A DNA stretch of 64,000 bases from Trypanosoma brucei (GCA_000002445.1 CP000066.1:320001-384000), one strand, 5' to 3'; positions 33,759-45,343 are shown, counted from the stretch's first letter. Numbers and translations: made by a program. Notes: generated by a model from the letters alone, not told the origin.

Positions 33759-36700
33759 GTGTTAGGAGGCGCGTTTGTAAGCGCACACAACGCTCGTTTC
33801 CAAAAGAGGGACGGAAATAACGTCATTTCTTTTCCATTGAAAGAAACCTCCGCTGAAGTGCACCACCGAATGGAGGCGCCCGGGGGTCAATTAACCATCG
33901 CGCGGCTTGAAATTCGGCGCTTTTGTCTCCAACCAGAGGAATTAGTGCAGCGTTGCGCCCAGCCAAGCGCCGGTAGTGTTGGCGGTTCTGTACAGCTTTA
34001 TGTTTCATTCACCACTCCGCGTGGTGTAGAGATAAGTCTGCAAGGGGTGGCCGCCAACCAACAAACCGATGAGAAGGGCGTAAGGCGAGTTCAGTGCGCA
34101 GCAAATACAAACCTCATGGATGTTTCTTTTGTTGTGACACAACTCAAAACAGACGGGATCCAGAAAGATGGGTGTGAATCCGTAAAGAGTGTTATGTGTC
34201 AGGTTTGGTATAGTCGAGCAGAGCAGCAGGAACAAGTTATGAAAGGAGGAGGGGGAGAGGCTAAACTCCCCGTTAACAATCTCGTGGATGGAGACTGGTC
34301 GTCGTTTGAAGATTCGCCTCCTTCCTCAATAACAGCGTTGCCACATGTTGAGGACGAAGAAAAGTTGGAGGAGAAAGCACCGGCGGCAGTTGAGTCGCAT
34401 TGGGAGGTTCTTGCAGATGTCAGTCTTGAAATTATGAAATATGGTGTACAAACGGTCAATTTTGCGATGGGGGATGTGGCAAAGGAGTACACTAGCGCGT
34501 CACTGCAAGCTTCGATATTCATAGAGCCGAAGTTGCTTGCGGTAGAAATAGAGGAAGCAGCTGCTCCACTCGCAACTAAACCTCCAGTTGAGACAACGCA
34601 ACCGGGGTTACCGCCGGACAACAATCCCTTATCACTGGATCACGGGACGGCTCCCTCGACAGGATTTGCTGAGGAACGTTGTGGTGAAGCTACCTCTGCT
34701 CCTTCTGGTAGATCCACTGCTGTCGGTACCGGTGAGGCACCAGTTTGTGGAGCGGGCGTGGTAGAAGTGCCAAAGGGAAATATGGAGGCAGCCACTCAAG
34801 AACAGGCAGATACAATGGTTGTTGTGCTTGCGGAGCAGCCGAAACATATGGGAGCACGATGGCTACTACTACTAGATATGTCCCGATGGGATGATTGTGA
34901 ACCTAACGGTAGTGATGAACTTAAACAAGAAAAAGTAAATGTTGCCACCCAAGGTGCTGGTGATGCCACTAGCCGGAGTGTAGTTGAGGGTGGCATTCTG
35001 TTCCGGTTGGTGTTGTGTGGGGCGGATGCGAACGTGTTAGCGTATGGTTCTCCGTTCAGTGGGTCATTGTGTCGCACCAGTGGTTGGAGCGATGCCTTGC
35101 TGGCTGTCGGTGACGACATAGTTGCTTGTTCCGTTGTCTCTGTAAAGCTTCAGATGTTCAACCACAATGCGATGCCTAACTGCCAGACCGATGCGGAGGC
35201 GACCGCTGAACCCTTACAGCTGAATAACACGTCGCGTGAAGCGGCGAAGGCATGGGTGACAGTAGCTTCCTCTCAACTTGTGCCGATTGCTTCACTATTA
35301 GCTTCACTGAAGGAGTCCTCGATGCTCCCGATACCGTTGACTGCGGTGGACCTCCCAAGTGCCGTAGCACCCCCGACCGAGTTCGTGTCTGTGAACAGAG
35401 GGCAAACGATAAGTGCGCAAGCGAGTTTAGTTAGGGTTCCAGCTGTTGTCGGTGAAACAAAAAGTGTTAGACATTGGATGAAGACAATCAGGATCGCAAC
35501 GGACTGCTTCTTCAGGAAATCGTGTCAAACACTCGACACAGTCGCACCTCCAAGTGAGATTAGTCTGCCAAAGGAATGTGAGTGGAAACAAAGTGGAACG
35601 GGGTGGATGTGCTCCGTTGAACTGAATGTGTCTGCGGTGGTGCTACAAAAGGTGGTTCCTTACGTTGATGCGGGTGCAGCGTGGCCTGTAACAGCGCTTT
35701 CCGTTTCTGGTGGTTGCGAAATACTCCTTGAGGAAACTAAAATGAGTGATATTTTCTTCAGTGCCTACACCGACAACGAGTGGTCCGAGACCCGACGCAG
35801 TCCAGTTTCCCATTTTGACACCGTCGTTCAAGCCACGGTTAACGAGACGCATCCCGTGGTTTTAATTACGTTGCACAGTTCAGTATCACAGGAAGTGCTG
35901 TTTGGTCACGCAGTTTTTGCTCCCCTTGGGTTAAGGCAGGATGTAGGTCACGTGTGGTTACCATTACAATATAAGAACCACATTGGATACCATAAGCATG
36001 GTGAGGACGACAGTTCCCCCACTGTAGGGTGGGTTCACTGTAGTTACATTTGTGTGTTCTCTAGTGCGGGCGCCAGTTCTTCCTCTGTGACCGCGGGAAA
36101 TGAGGAGGTTCTTCAGCAACCTGTCCTGTTTCCCTCTCCATTGTCAGTGCCCAAGTACATCGCGTCCCCTTGTCTTACACCCGCTCTGCGATGGAATTCG
36201 ATAGAGGTGTGTATTGTGAAGGCAAGCGACCTGCGTATTGACGTGAATTCATCATCGCGTTGCAGTGACGGTAAGGGCGGAAACGATGGCGGCGCTGGTG
36301 GAAATGTTGAGGGTTTCCTCCACGCTAGTGTGCAGCTTCTTCCCAAGTCTGACCTCAACCCGTTTGTTACTCCCGCTGCTTCTTACGAGTACCCTCACTG
36401 GAATTCCACGTGCAGAGTAGGCATTGCGGCAGCTGCAACACATCTGATCGTGCAGGTCCTTGTTGGTGACGGACGTGGCGGCGAAGGCAAATCTGTTGGA
36501 ATTGTTGATATTACCCGCGTTGCCACTTCAGGTTTCTGGACTACAGCTTCGTGCGATGGGGTGTGGTTGCCTCTGGTTTCCAACCACTCTTCAGGTGGCG
36601 AACGCCGTTACTGCGGTTCTCTGTTTATCCGCTGGTCATTTGGCTGCGTTGGAGATCTGCCTAAAGAGGTCGTTATCGGTATGGGCGCTGCGCTGCGCCC

Positions 36701-39700
36701 TACGTGGAGCAACGTCGGCCTCCCCAGTGCCTCCACTGCCCACAACAATCGGTTTGACAGGGGCCACTGGTTACGGTTGGAACGTGTGGAGGTACAATTA
36801 CCATGGAGGTTGTGGCACATGGGGCGTCATTGTGAGGCACGGTGGAGGGAGGTTCTTGGCCTCAAACCCACGGATATGTTGCCGGACATAACTCTTCGGC
36901 TACAATCAGGAGATTTTACACACGAATCAAACTTGGTGCTGCTGTCCGCGGGTGGTTTCGGTTTTTGTCTGCGTGAAGCTGTTTTCCTTCCACTAACCGA
37001 TAACTTTAACGTGGTTGTGTGCTTTCGTTACCACGGAAATACACTTGCCTCTGAGACGCCTGGTGGAAAGACAACCGCCGGGAGTGAAATTTGTAACACA
37101 GTCACTGTGGCTGAAGGTGAATTGTCTCTTTCTGCGCAAGACCGCGTAGATCTTCTCACTTACCGTCAGCAGCAATCGTGTCGCCGCATATTCATGAGGG
37201 TACATCCCCGGTCGATTTCGCCACATTTTAATATTCCTTTTGGTTTGCTTACCGCTGAGGTTACTTCTTCAGTTATTAAACGAAACGACGAGATCCGCTG
37301 GACTTGGCCTCAACCACATATCGCTGCGTCAGTGGAATTGCAACTTGGAAAAGTTTTTTCCTTGCGGCGCCACGATTCAAAGGACTGGCTTCCCGCTACT
37401 GCGAATGCGGCGTCTCCTCGATGGATCGTAAATGTTAGAGAAACGGGGTCCGCGTGCCCGGAACAAGAGGGAAGTAATAAGGAACGGGTAACGGGTATTT
37501 TGTTCGGTGCTTCACCCAGGGCGGCTGTTCTTCGTGGTGGATGCAGCACCCGCAGTAGTGCAGTGAGTAACTTCGGCGGGCTAAGTTCCCAACACACAGG
37601 AGACGCTGCAGAGAAATTGTACTTGCATTGGCCACCCGCACCGCCGGGCGCTGATCACAGACGACGCCCGCCACCTCCGACTATCGAGCTTTTGCTTTCT
37701 CGCATAGTGGATAATGACGCTGTGGACGTTGGTGGTGACTCGAAAGCCGCACCGAAAATTGAGAAGGAAAGTACCGTGAACGTGGGGGTCGTGACGCTCA
37801 ATTTGGCCAGGTGCTTTTCAGATTCCTCTGGGTCTAGCTTATATGAATTGCACCACCCGCAAACGCCACCGACGGTGGCGGAAGGAAGACCTCCAACGAT
37901 CGGTTACGTGGAGCTGCACTACCTTCATAACTTTGCACAAGATAACAACACAAACCGTGGTGGACAGGAAACGGACAAGGTTGAGCAGGAGCAGCATGAC
38001 AGATGCAGCAGACATTCACTTCTGTTGCTGACTGTGGTTGGAGCACGATACAGGGAACGTGGGCAAATTTCAGCAGCCCCGGTGAGGTCGCAGCGTGATG
38101 GAAAGGAGGGTGTGTCGGTGAAAACGATACTAACATCCTTCGTTGTCGGCGTAGGGCACATGTCATGGCATACCTCAAAGGAAGTGGGTATGACCCCTCA
38201 CTTTGGCAGTACGATGCTGTTTGAACGTCCATATAGTCATACCGGAGAGGACGCTGATGGTGAACGCAATGTTGTAACTGTTCGACTGCAGATGCTGGCA
38301 GAATCGTCAAGTAGGGCGAAGTTAGGCTCCCCCGATCGTGAAGTGGGTGGGAAACAAAAGACATGTTTGCGAGGGGAGCAGAAAGAGGCTGAGATGCTTC
38401 CCACATCATTTGCTCTCCTTCATCTCAACTGGGACACTGTCCCTGCCGCTGTAATGGAGAGAATGAGAGGCTGTTGGCTTCCTCTGTTCACAGCTGCAGC
38501 GCAAATTGATGGCTCATACCATCTTTCCGGAGAAGTGCTCGTCCAGTGGAGTTGGTTTGATCCCTCTTACGGATTTTGGCGGTATGCGCTTCCTCTCTCC
38601 GTCAATCAAATATCACCAATGGATTGTACAATGGCAAGTGTCCCACAAATGTTGGCTGCATCGGAGGACCACGTGGAGACACCTGCATCCTCATTCCCAT
38701 CCTACTTGTCAATTTATATTGATGAATTTACCTTTTCCCATAACGTTGTTGTTGAGACACCGCGGAAAGATACACGAGTATCGCTTATCGTAAGCGTTTG
38801 CGTGAATGGGGAAAGGGGACCGCTCAGCCCGCCGTCTCTTACTGCTTCATCTTGGACGCTTCGGTGCACGGAGGGAGAGGCAGATTCCCTAAAAGTTTGT
38901 TATGGAGACTGTACCGGCGCAACTCCCTTCGAGACCGAAGGGAAACGCAGCAGGTGGAGAGAAAGATGTATACTTCCCTTTTGTTTTCCTGGCGATGCAC
39001 AGCAACAGATATCTTTTCAACTGCGTCACGGCTGGAGTCCGTTCAGTACGGTTGGCGAGGGATGGTTAAGTTGGAAGGGCACGCCATCACAGGGGACTTA
39101 TGCTGTTCCTATCTTTGTAAGCGATGCAAGCTGCCGCAACAGCAGTGACGATTACCAACGGTGCGGCGTTTTGATGGTGTCCGTTGAGCAGGGGCCGCTT
39201 CATTTGAACTCAATGCAGGTAACTACCACTGTCCCACCTCCCTCATCCAATGAGGAAGTGCAATTCGATGATGGGAAAGGCCCTCAGCGTAAGGAAAAGC
39301 ACAGTGGAAAGCATGAGGACCATCACGCGACGGTGGATGGCAATCCTTCATTCATTGTATTGGTGGATCTACGTGTGGACTCAGTTGAGGTTGACGGGTG
39401 GAACGTCCTCCCTGATGATGGTAACTGCCTGGAGTTGGTGGTTTTGGGAGATGCTCTGTATAACAACGGTAAATCAAAACAAACAGTACGGTTGGAAACG
39501 GCATGTTCTCCTTTCGACGGTGGCGCAACCGGTTGGCAAGGTCTGATTTGCGTGCAGAATTCGTCCGAGCTCGAAGTGCACCTCTACCGAAGGACTCAAA
39601 CGGTGCCGGGTAACTCTGTGGAAAAGAGTGTGAGACATCGCATGATAAGTGGTCGGTTTGTGTTAAATCTTTTGCCGTCCGAGGATGGGGGTCTCTGCAG

Positions 39701-42700
39701 CAACTCCCTCTGCGTCGAGTTGCGGCAACGTCCCATGCGCCCCATGACTGCAGACGGCAGTGGCAGTTGGAACTACCCTGTGGGGCAAATGCACGTGACA
39801 TGCCGTCCGCTCTTGCACTCTGGTGTGCTGTACGACCCGCGTAATGTGTTTTTTCAGCGACATCTGGGAGTAGAGTTATTGAAGCTTAAGGGTGTGATTC
39901 ACATGCAAACTGAAGGTGAACGTGCCCGTGGTCGTAGAAATAGTAAAAGGGGGAGAGGACCGCTTTCATATGTTAGTTTGCACTGTGGTGCGGTGACAGT
40001 GAAGTCCCTACCCTTCACTCTTCCTTCTCATCGACACGGAACCTTCAAAGATGTTGAAAGTAATGATGGAATTGATTGTAGTGGTGCATCCACTCCTCAC
40101 TTCACTGAGCGACTCGTGTGTTCTCCGAACGGTGCTACCGAAGTACGCGTTTCGTTGTATCTGGAAAACGATGCGAAGGAACGGAATGACAATGCTGTTG
40201 AAGCGTCTCCCATTCACAACCCCTCGGAGACTGGAAATGCAGAGGATGATGAGGTTTACTATACCAATGTATGTCTGCCTGTTGGTGAAGGGGCTGTGAA
40301 AATTCGTGCACCCTCACGTGACGAAGATGGGTTCAAGAGCGGGGAGGTAATTCCAAAAGATATATGGGTACCGTTCAATAGCGCAGATCCCGGGAGAAAC
40401 ATTTCTGCACTGCTACGGTATAAGTGGTTCCAAAAAGTTACATTTGGTACATGGCTTTCGTGCATTGGCTGGCGCTGCACCTCCGCACCTTTACACCGGC
40501 CATCGCTAATCTTTAGACTCCGATTTCTGGGTGGTGAGTTGTGCAGTTTGCCACTTGATTTGTTTGATCGAGATTTGCCGGAGCAGGAACCGACGTCGCG
40601 ACACTGCACTGTGGCTGCTACGGCCGTCAATGTGGTGCCTTCGCTAAGTAGTCACTGGAGTTTCTCATACATTCAACTTCCAACCATCTGGCCCTTGGGT
40701 GGTCGAGTCGAGCGTGTGGAGCTGCACGACTGTGTTACCGATGGTTTCTCGCTGTTGTTGGGGGTCCATGAGTGGGACGCGGTGGACACCCAACTCCTCA
40801 CTGAGTTGGAGGGGCCTACGGTTAGCCATGATTCCCTCGAGGCAGTTGGAAAGTTTCCCTCGGCGTCCGGTGCCGGGCATTGGCTTTCATTTGGTGAACA
40901 TGCGCTCCTCTTCGCGCGAAGCCGCCGTCCGCCAGTGCCAACGCGGTCGAAACGTTTGTTCGTGCCCTTCTGTTGGTGGCCAGTGGTTGCGGAGTTTCAC
41001 CTCGGCAGTCTCGATTGTAGTGGCGGAACGGTGGAAGCGGGAAGGTTAGCCATAAGTTGTGAGGTCATCCTCGGGCGGTGGCACAAGAACGGGTGGGTGT
41101 GGGAGGAAAATTCACCGACTACACGAGAAGCCTATGCCTCGCAAGTAACTGTGGATGCTTGCGCCGCTGCAGTTCAGGCCACTTGGCGTTGTGATGCATT
41201 TGATGAAGAAACTTTCATTCGACAGTTTTCCGTCGATGAACTGCGACAGGGACGTGAGCGTTATGCCGTACGAACGAAGCTCGTTTGTAGTGTCGTGCCC
41301 ACATGTAGATTTTCCGGCTCCGAGACTCCTTCCAGTGACGAACAACGTGAGACGCCTACTACCACTTACGTGCTTGAAGCTGTGTCGGCTGTGGATGATC
41401 ATCTCGCCAACACCAGCGGCAGGGTATCCCTGAAGTTGGCTGAATGTGGGGCCCACGTGAACGAAGCGACTGCTGGTGCAAAAGTTGAGGGTTCTCTTAC
41501 TCTCGCATGGTCTCTAAAACATGATGAATTGGCGCTTGAAGGAACAAAGGGGGAATCGACGAAAGTCGGGAGGATCCTCCACCAACGTAGCGTCTCGGGT
41601 AAGTCAAATGGTAAAGATAGGGAGGAAAAGGAAACTTCGAAGGTCACGAAGGAGTTACTGCCTGAGTGGGAAGTGGTGTCTGTCGAAGTACGTAACCTAT
41701 CCGTTGTGCAGGATCCTTCACGACAAGCACCAGAGAAACGTGAAAGTTTCGATGTGCCGGTTGTGGTCCAGTTACTCGCATCTGAGCGGAGAAGGCATAA
41801 TAGAGATGGTGAAGGTGGAGCACAAAGCCCTGAGTCACGAAAGAAGAAATCGACGTCACCCCGCGTGTCAAGTGTCTTTGCTTTAGCATCTACTAACGCC
41901 ACACCAGCGCCAGGCGTGAGGCAGTCCTTGTTAAGAGCCAACATTACACCGAATTGGCGTCTAGAGGCACACGAGTGGTCGGACCATCGGAAGGTGTTAA
42001 TGATGTCACTCTGGCAGATGCTTCCAGGAAGTGATGCTTGTGCCTATGCGCTGGGATCGTTACGGCTTGACTCCGTAGTTCGTAGCGCTTACGAGCAATT
42101 TTCTTCAGGGACGCCGGTAGCTGAAGCAGCAAGGGGTTTAAAGGAAGGAACGTCCCTGGAGCAGGACCTGGTGGTAACAGATTGGCTTCCACTCAAACGG
42201 AGCGATTTGCTGCAGGAGTATTGGGGCCTTGCGAGGCTGCAGTTGCGGCCCAATGTAAAAGCGGCAACGGTGGCTGACGCATCTGAGAAAAATATGTCGC
42301 GTGTATACGAGCACCTCCCCATTTGCATCGAGCTGCTCAGCGCGAGCATAGATTCAGCTGAAGACGTGAGTAGGTATGTACAAGAAGGTCGGCTGGGACT
42401 TCTATTTGTCCCTGGATGCAGAGACAGAAAGGAAGGACGTCCTTTGTACAGTTCGACTCTTTTATGTAAAGCAGAAAGAGAGGTCAACGCGGAGCGTGAG
42501 ATAAAGGGGCATGGGGAAAAAACAGCCGAAGGTGAAAATCAGGATGGAAACTTTTCGTGCTCTCTTATGGCGACCACGTCAATCCACACTTTGTTGCTTA
42601 GTGGAGAAGTGCAGAGTGGTCAACCTGCATCAGTTGACGGCGATTGGCTAGGGCTTTTCGTTTTCTTAATTGATCGTGCACATGAGGGTGAGAGGATAAA

Positions 42701-44648
42701 AAATAAACACTCCTCCCAGCTAGTGGAAATTGTAGGAAAGGGGGACTGGGGTGATGTCCTAGCGGTGCAGCGTTTGCATGTTGGTCAAATTCCGAAGGAT
42801 CAGCCCCGTCTGTCTCTGTTTGGGGAAAGCAAAGAAAACGCACCGACATTCCTATCTGGTGAAGTTACTGCAACGTTTAATTGCGAATCATTTAGTGTAT
42901 CGCTTCGGCTGCATATTGTTATGCTTCCCCAAGCAACAGAAGCCGTTTCGACCGGTGTTGGATCTATGTCTGATGTGGGTGGAACATCTCCACAACCGTT
43001 GAGGGGAAACTCAGTTTTTCACTGCATTGCAGAAGGACACGGAGAGGAAAACAGCTTATTAGGCAACGACGGTGTACTTTGTATGGTAGAGGGCACTGTC
43101 TATAAGATAACAGAAGACAGGACAGTTTTCATGTGGAATGCGCGGGATGTGAGCCACGTCCGTCGACCATCCTCCTGTTCCTCTGGCAATGCCGTTGCAC
43201 TTGCCGCATCACGCGGACGCCCCAGGTGGGTACAAGTCAGTGAAAGCAAGGGGTCTCCGCAACGGCACTCCGGGAAACGGGGGTACGGTCGTTGCATGGG
43301 TCTGACGGTGTGGGCATACAAGTACGGTAACGACGCATGCTTCCTCATCGCGGAGTGCGCGTCACATCACGTTATTACTCTGTCTACGTTGCCGAGGCAT
43401 GCACCCGAACCACCACCAACGGTTCAGTTACCGCGTGTGAGGAACAGACGGTCCAGGAAGAGGCGAGTCATCAGCGAGGGATCCGTTATTGCTGCTCCCA
43501 CTCCCCCTTCCTGCGGATCGCAGCTGCACTGTTACAACCTTCAGCAGCGGCGCTGGAGTGTACTAAAGACAGAAGGAAGTAGCTCTGGAGTATCCGACAA
43601 CTGTGGCGCAGCGGCCACGCCCTCGACTAGGCGCATTTTTCATTCCACCGTTGAAGTTGAGGGGAAGGTGTGGCTTTTTGGGGGTTGTAAGCTTCGTGGA
43701 GAAGTTTGTGGCGCGTCTCTGGATAGGGTTGGCATGCGTGTGGCGAATAGGGTGCTGATTGCATCCGAAGCGGCATTGTCAAATGAACTTATGTACCTAG
43801 ATCCCAGTATGCGAGTGTGGCAAAGCGTGCAACCCGTTCCATCATGGCATGATTTACCGTCTGCCGGTACCGGTCCCTTTCACGGAGTTGCAAGGGTATC
43901 GCTCGGTTTGTTGCCACCCCCTCCTGTAGCGTGCCATGCAGCCGTACACTGGATGGGACACATGTTTGTGTTCGGCGGGCTGTGTGAGTCATCTTCCATT
44001 AGTGGTAGCCTAGAACCCACTGCAGAACTCTACATGTTTCACGCAACCCACATAACTTGGTGGTCACTATCTCCAAACAAAAGTGCCGATCTTAGCGGGA
44101 GGTTTTTTGAGTGTAAGGGGAATGGCGGGTGGCCTGCTGCGCGATATGGTCACGCTGCTGCCGTCGTACCGGGCCATCCCCATGGGGCGTTTCTCATCTT
44201 GGGGGGAGCTATGAAAGTTGGAATTGAGTGCTCTTCACAACGCACTAATGCCTTAGTTGATTCAGGCCGTTGCGCCCACAGTGAACTTCTTTGGGTGTAT
44301 TACCCAGCCCTCGGTTTCTGGCAAAACATTAGTGTTCCGCTGGGCGTCCCACTGACGCGGCGGGCCTTCGCATCATTGCAAGTGGCGCAACTCTCAAGTG
44401 CCTCATGCTCCTTGTATGCCGTTGTTCTTGACGGAGGGTGTGACGCGGCCCATGTTGAAACTTGGCTGCAGCGGCGGCGTTCTGAAAAGGATGAGCAAAA
44501 TTTATTGAAGAAGAATCTAAACGGGTTACTTGGCGTTGTTTCTGCCTTCGTAAGCGCTCCATCATTAGGCACCGCGTGGATAACATTGGGGGAGGAGTGC
44601 AAGCAGCACATCCCCATGACACCCGCGGTAGACGCATTATGCGAGTAG
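33759..44648 (+). CDS. Giant hypothetical protein of 3629 aa with a C-terminal kelch-type beta-propeller.
   Basis: Uninterrupted 10.9-kb ORF. The last ~450 aa carry repeated kelch signatures (GKVWLFGG…, HWMGHMFVFGGL…, PHGAFLILGGAM…, LLWVYYPALGFWQNI). A basic cluster RVRNRRSRKRRV lies just upstream. The remainder is low-similarity Ser/Val/Gly-rich sequence. Confidence 0.6.
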   Translation: MLGGAFVSAHNARFQKRDGNNVISFPLKETSAEVHHRMEAPGGQLTIARLEIRRFCLQPEELVQRCAQPSAGSVGGSVQLYVSFTTPRGVEISLQGVAANQQTDEKGVRRVQCAANTNLMDVSFVVTQLKTDGIQKDGCESVKSVMCQVWYSRAEQQEQVMKGGGGEAKLPVNNLVDGDWSSFEDSPPSSITALPHVEDEEKLEEKAPAAVESHWEVLADVSLEIMKYGVQTVNFAMGDVAKEYTSASLQASIFIEPKLLAVEIEEAAAPLATKPPVETTQPGLPPDNNPLSLDHGTAPSTGFAEERCGEATSAPSGRSTAVGTGEAPVCGAGVVEVPKGNMEAATQEQADTMVVVLAEQPKHMGARWLLLLDMSRWDDCEPNGSDELKQEKVNVATQGAGDATSRSVVEGGILFRLVLCGADANVLAYGSPFSGSLCRTSGWSDALLAVGDDIVACSVVSVKLQMFNHNAMPNCQTDAEATAEPLQLNNTSREAAKAWVTVASSQLVPIASLLASLKESSMLPIPLTAVDLPSAVAPPTEFVSVNRGQTISAQASLVRVPAVVGETKSVRHWMKTIRIATDCFFRKSCQTLDTVAPPSEISLPKECEWKQSGTGWMCSVELNVSAVVLQKVVPYVDAGAAWPVTALSVSGGCEILLEETKMSDIFFSAYTDNEWSETRRSPVSHFDTVVQATVNETHPVVLITLHSSVSQEVLFGHAVFAPLGLRQDVGHVWLPLQYKNHIGYHKHGEDDSSPTVGWVHCSYICVFSSAGASSSSVTAGNEEVLQQPVLFPSPLSVPKYIASPCLTPALRWNSIEVCIVKASDLRIDVNSSSRCSDGKGGNDGGAGGNVEGFLHASVQLLPKSDLNPFVTPAASYEYPHWNSTCRVGIAAAATHLIVQVLVGDGRGGEGKSVGIVDITRVATSGFWTTASCDGVWLPLVSNHSSGGERRYCGSLFIRWSFGCVGDLPKEVVIGMGAALRPTWSNVGLPSASTAHNNRFDRGHWLRLERVEVQLPWRLWHMGRHCEARWREVLGLKPTDMLPDITLRLQSGDFTHESNLVLLSAGGFGFCLREAVFLPLTDNFNVVVCFRYHGNTLASETPGGKTTAGSEICNTVTVAEGELSLSAQDRVDLLTYRQQQSCRRIFMRVHPRSISPHFNIPFGLLTAEVTSSVIKRNDEIRWTWPQPHIAASVELQLGKVFSLRRHDSKDWLPATANAASPRWIVNVRETGSACPEQEGSNKERVTGILFGASPRAAVLRGGCSTRSSAVSNFGGLSSQHTGDAAEKLYLHWPPAPPGADHRRRPPPPTIELLLSRIVDNDAVDVGGDSKAAPKIEKESTVNVGVVTLNLARCFSDSSGSSLYELHHPQTPPTVAEGRPPTIGYVELHYLHNFAQDNNTNRGGQETDKVEQEQHDRCSRHSLLLLTVVGARYRERGQISAAPVRSQRDGKEGVSVKTILTSFVVGVGHMSWHTSKEVGMTPHFGSTMLFERPYSHTGEDADGERNVVTVRLQMLAESSSRAKLGSPDREVGGKQKTCLRGEQKEAEMLPTSFALLHLNWDTVPAAVMERMRGCWLPLFTAAAQIDGSYHLSGEVLVQWSWFDPSYGFWRYALPLSVNQISPMDCTMASVPQMLAASEDHVETPASSFPSYLSIYIDEFTFSHNVVVETPRKDTRVSLIVSVCVNGERGPLSPPSLTASSWTLRCTEGEADSLKVCYGDCTGATPFETEGKRSRWRERCILPFCFPGDAQQQISFQLRHGWSPFSTVGEGWLSWKGTPSQGTYAVPIFVSDASCRNSSDDYQRCGVLMVSVEQGPLHLNSMQVTTTVPPPSSNEEVQFDDGKGPQRKEKHSGKHEDHHATVDGNPSFIVLVDLRVDSVEVDGWNVLPDDGNCLELVVLGDALYNNGKSKQTVRLETACSPFDGGATGWQGLICVQNSSELEVHLYRRTQTVPGNSVEKSVRHRMISGRFVLNLLPSEDGGLCSNSLCVELRQRPMRPMTADGSGSWNYPVGQMHVTCRPLLHSGVLYDPRNVFFQRHLGVELLKLKGVIHMQTEGERARGRRNSKRGRGPLSYVSLHCGAVTVKSLPFTLPSHRHGTFKDVESNDGIDCSGASTPHFTERLVCSPNGATEVRVSLYLENDAKERNDNAVEASPIHNPSETGNAEDDEVYYTNVCLPVGEGAVKIRAPSRDEDGFKSGEVIPKDIWVPFNSADPGRNISALLRYKWFQKVTFGTWLSCIGWRCTSAPLHRPSLIFRLRFLGGELCSLPLDLFDRDLPEQEPTSRHCTVAATAVNVVPSLSSHWSFSYIQLPTIWPLGGRVERVELHDCVTDGFSLLLGVHEWDAVDTQLLTELEGPTVSHDSLEAVGKFPSASGAGHWLSFGEHALLFARSRRPPVPTRSKRLFVPFCWWPVVAEFHLGSLDCSGGTVEAGRLAISCEVILGRWHKNGWVWEENSPTTREAYASQVTVDACAAAVQATWRCDAFDEETFIRQFSVDELRQGRERYAVRTKLVCSVVPTCRFSGSETPSSDEQRETPTTTYVLEAVSAVDDHLANTSGRVSLKLAECGAHVNEATAGAKVEGSLTLAWSLKHDELALEGTKGESTKVGRILHQRSVSGKSNGKDREEKETSKVTKELLPEWEVVSVEVRNLSVVQDPSRQAPEKRESFDVPVVVQLLASERRRHNRDGEGGAQSPESRKKKSTSPRVSSVFALASTNATPAPGVRQSLLRANITPNWRLEAHEWSDHRKVLMMSLWQMLPGSDACAYALGSLRLDSVVRSAYEQFSSGTPVAEAARGLKEGTSLEQDLVVTDWLPLKRSDLLQEYWGLARLQLRPNVKAATVADASEKNMSRVYEHLPICIELLSASIDSAEDVSRYVQEGRLGLLFVPGCRDRKEGRPLYSSTLLCKAEREVNAEREIKGHGEKTAEGENQDGNFSCSLMATTSIHTLLLSGEVQSGQPASVDGDWLGLFVFLIDRAHEGERIKNKHSSQLVEIVGKGDWGDVLAVQRLHVGQIPKDQPRLSLFGESKENAPTFLSGEVTATFNCESFSVSLRLHIVMLPQATEAVSTGVGSMSDVGGTSPQPLRGNSVFHCIAEGHGEENSLLGNDGVLCMVEGTVYKITEDRTVFMWNARDVSHVRRPSSCSSGNAVALAASRGRPRWVQVSESKGSPQRHSGKRGYGRCMGLTVWAYKYGNDACFLIAECASHHVITLSTLPRHAPEPPPTVQLPRVRNRRSRKRRVISEGSVIAAPTPPSCGSQLHCYNLQQRRWSVLKTEGSSSGVSDNCGAAATPSTRRIFHSTVEVEGKVWLFGGCKLRGEVCGASLDRVGMRVANRVLIASEAALSNELMYLDPSMRVWQSVQPVPSWHDLPSAGTGPFHGVARVSLGLLPPPPVACHAAVHWMGHMFVFGGLCESSSISGSLEPTAELYMFHATHITWWSLSPNKSADLSGRFFECKGNGGWPAARYGHAAAVVPGHPHGAFLILGGAMKVGIECSSQRTNALVDSGRCAHSELLWVYYPALGFWQNISVPLGVPLTRRAFASLQVAQLSSASCSLYAVVLDGGCDAAHVETWLQRRRSEKDEQNLLKKNLNGLLGVVSAFVSAPSLGTAWITLGEECKQHIPMTPAVDALCE

Positions 44649-44806
44649 CAATTTATGTGCAACGGCAGTGCGGTAGGACATCAGCACGCCTATATACATA
44701 TATAGAGAAAAAGTGAGTGGTTTATCCTCTGACCATAGATAACACGTGCCGTTTGTTTGTTTGATACATTTTGCTTTACAACTTGAATCACTTTCTTTTA
44801 ACTTCG

Positions 44807-44810
<4 letters not shown>

Positions 44811-44842
<32 letters not shown>
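44811..44842. repeat. (TA)16 microsatellite downstream of the giant gene.
   Basis: Direct reading. Confidence 0.95.
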
Positions 44843-44846
<4 letters not shown>

Positions 44847-45343
44847 ATTCCAGGGTATGGCTTTCGTGCGTCTTTTTCCAGTAGTTTGCTCCGCCAGGAA
44901 AAGGAAGCAGGGCGCAACTTCTTGGTGTAAGTTGTTACAAATTATACAATTTTTGAGGGACGTATGTATTATGTTTCGTGTTCAAGGAATCGTGATGGCT
45001 TTTCACTCAGTGCAAACTATATTTGTTCTCTCTCCTTCTTCTGTTTTTTTCTTTGAGGGGTGAGGTGGTGTGTGCGTGTGTGGAGTTATTAGTTGGTTAT
45101 AGCGAGTTAATTTTGCCACAAGAAGAAGGGCTAGCGCTGATTCTCGACCTACCGATACCCGACGCCGGTAACCTTCCGTAACTGCACGGAAGAGTGGAGG
45201 CGAGAAGAAAGGGAGGCATAGTTTTCACTTTTGTGAGTGTGTTGGACAACACAGCGCCAGTGAGTGAGTTGAAGGCAGGCCTTTCATCCTTCCTTCTCAT
45301 TTGTTTGCCCTGCGCAGGCGCAAGGGACGCCGCGCATTTATCG

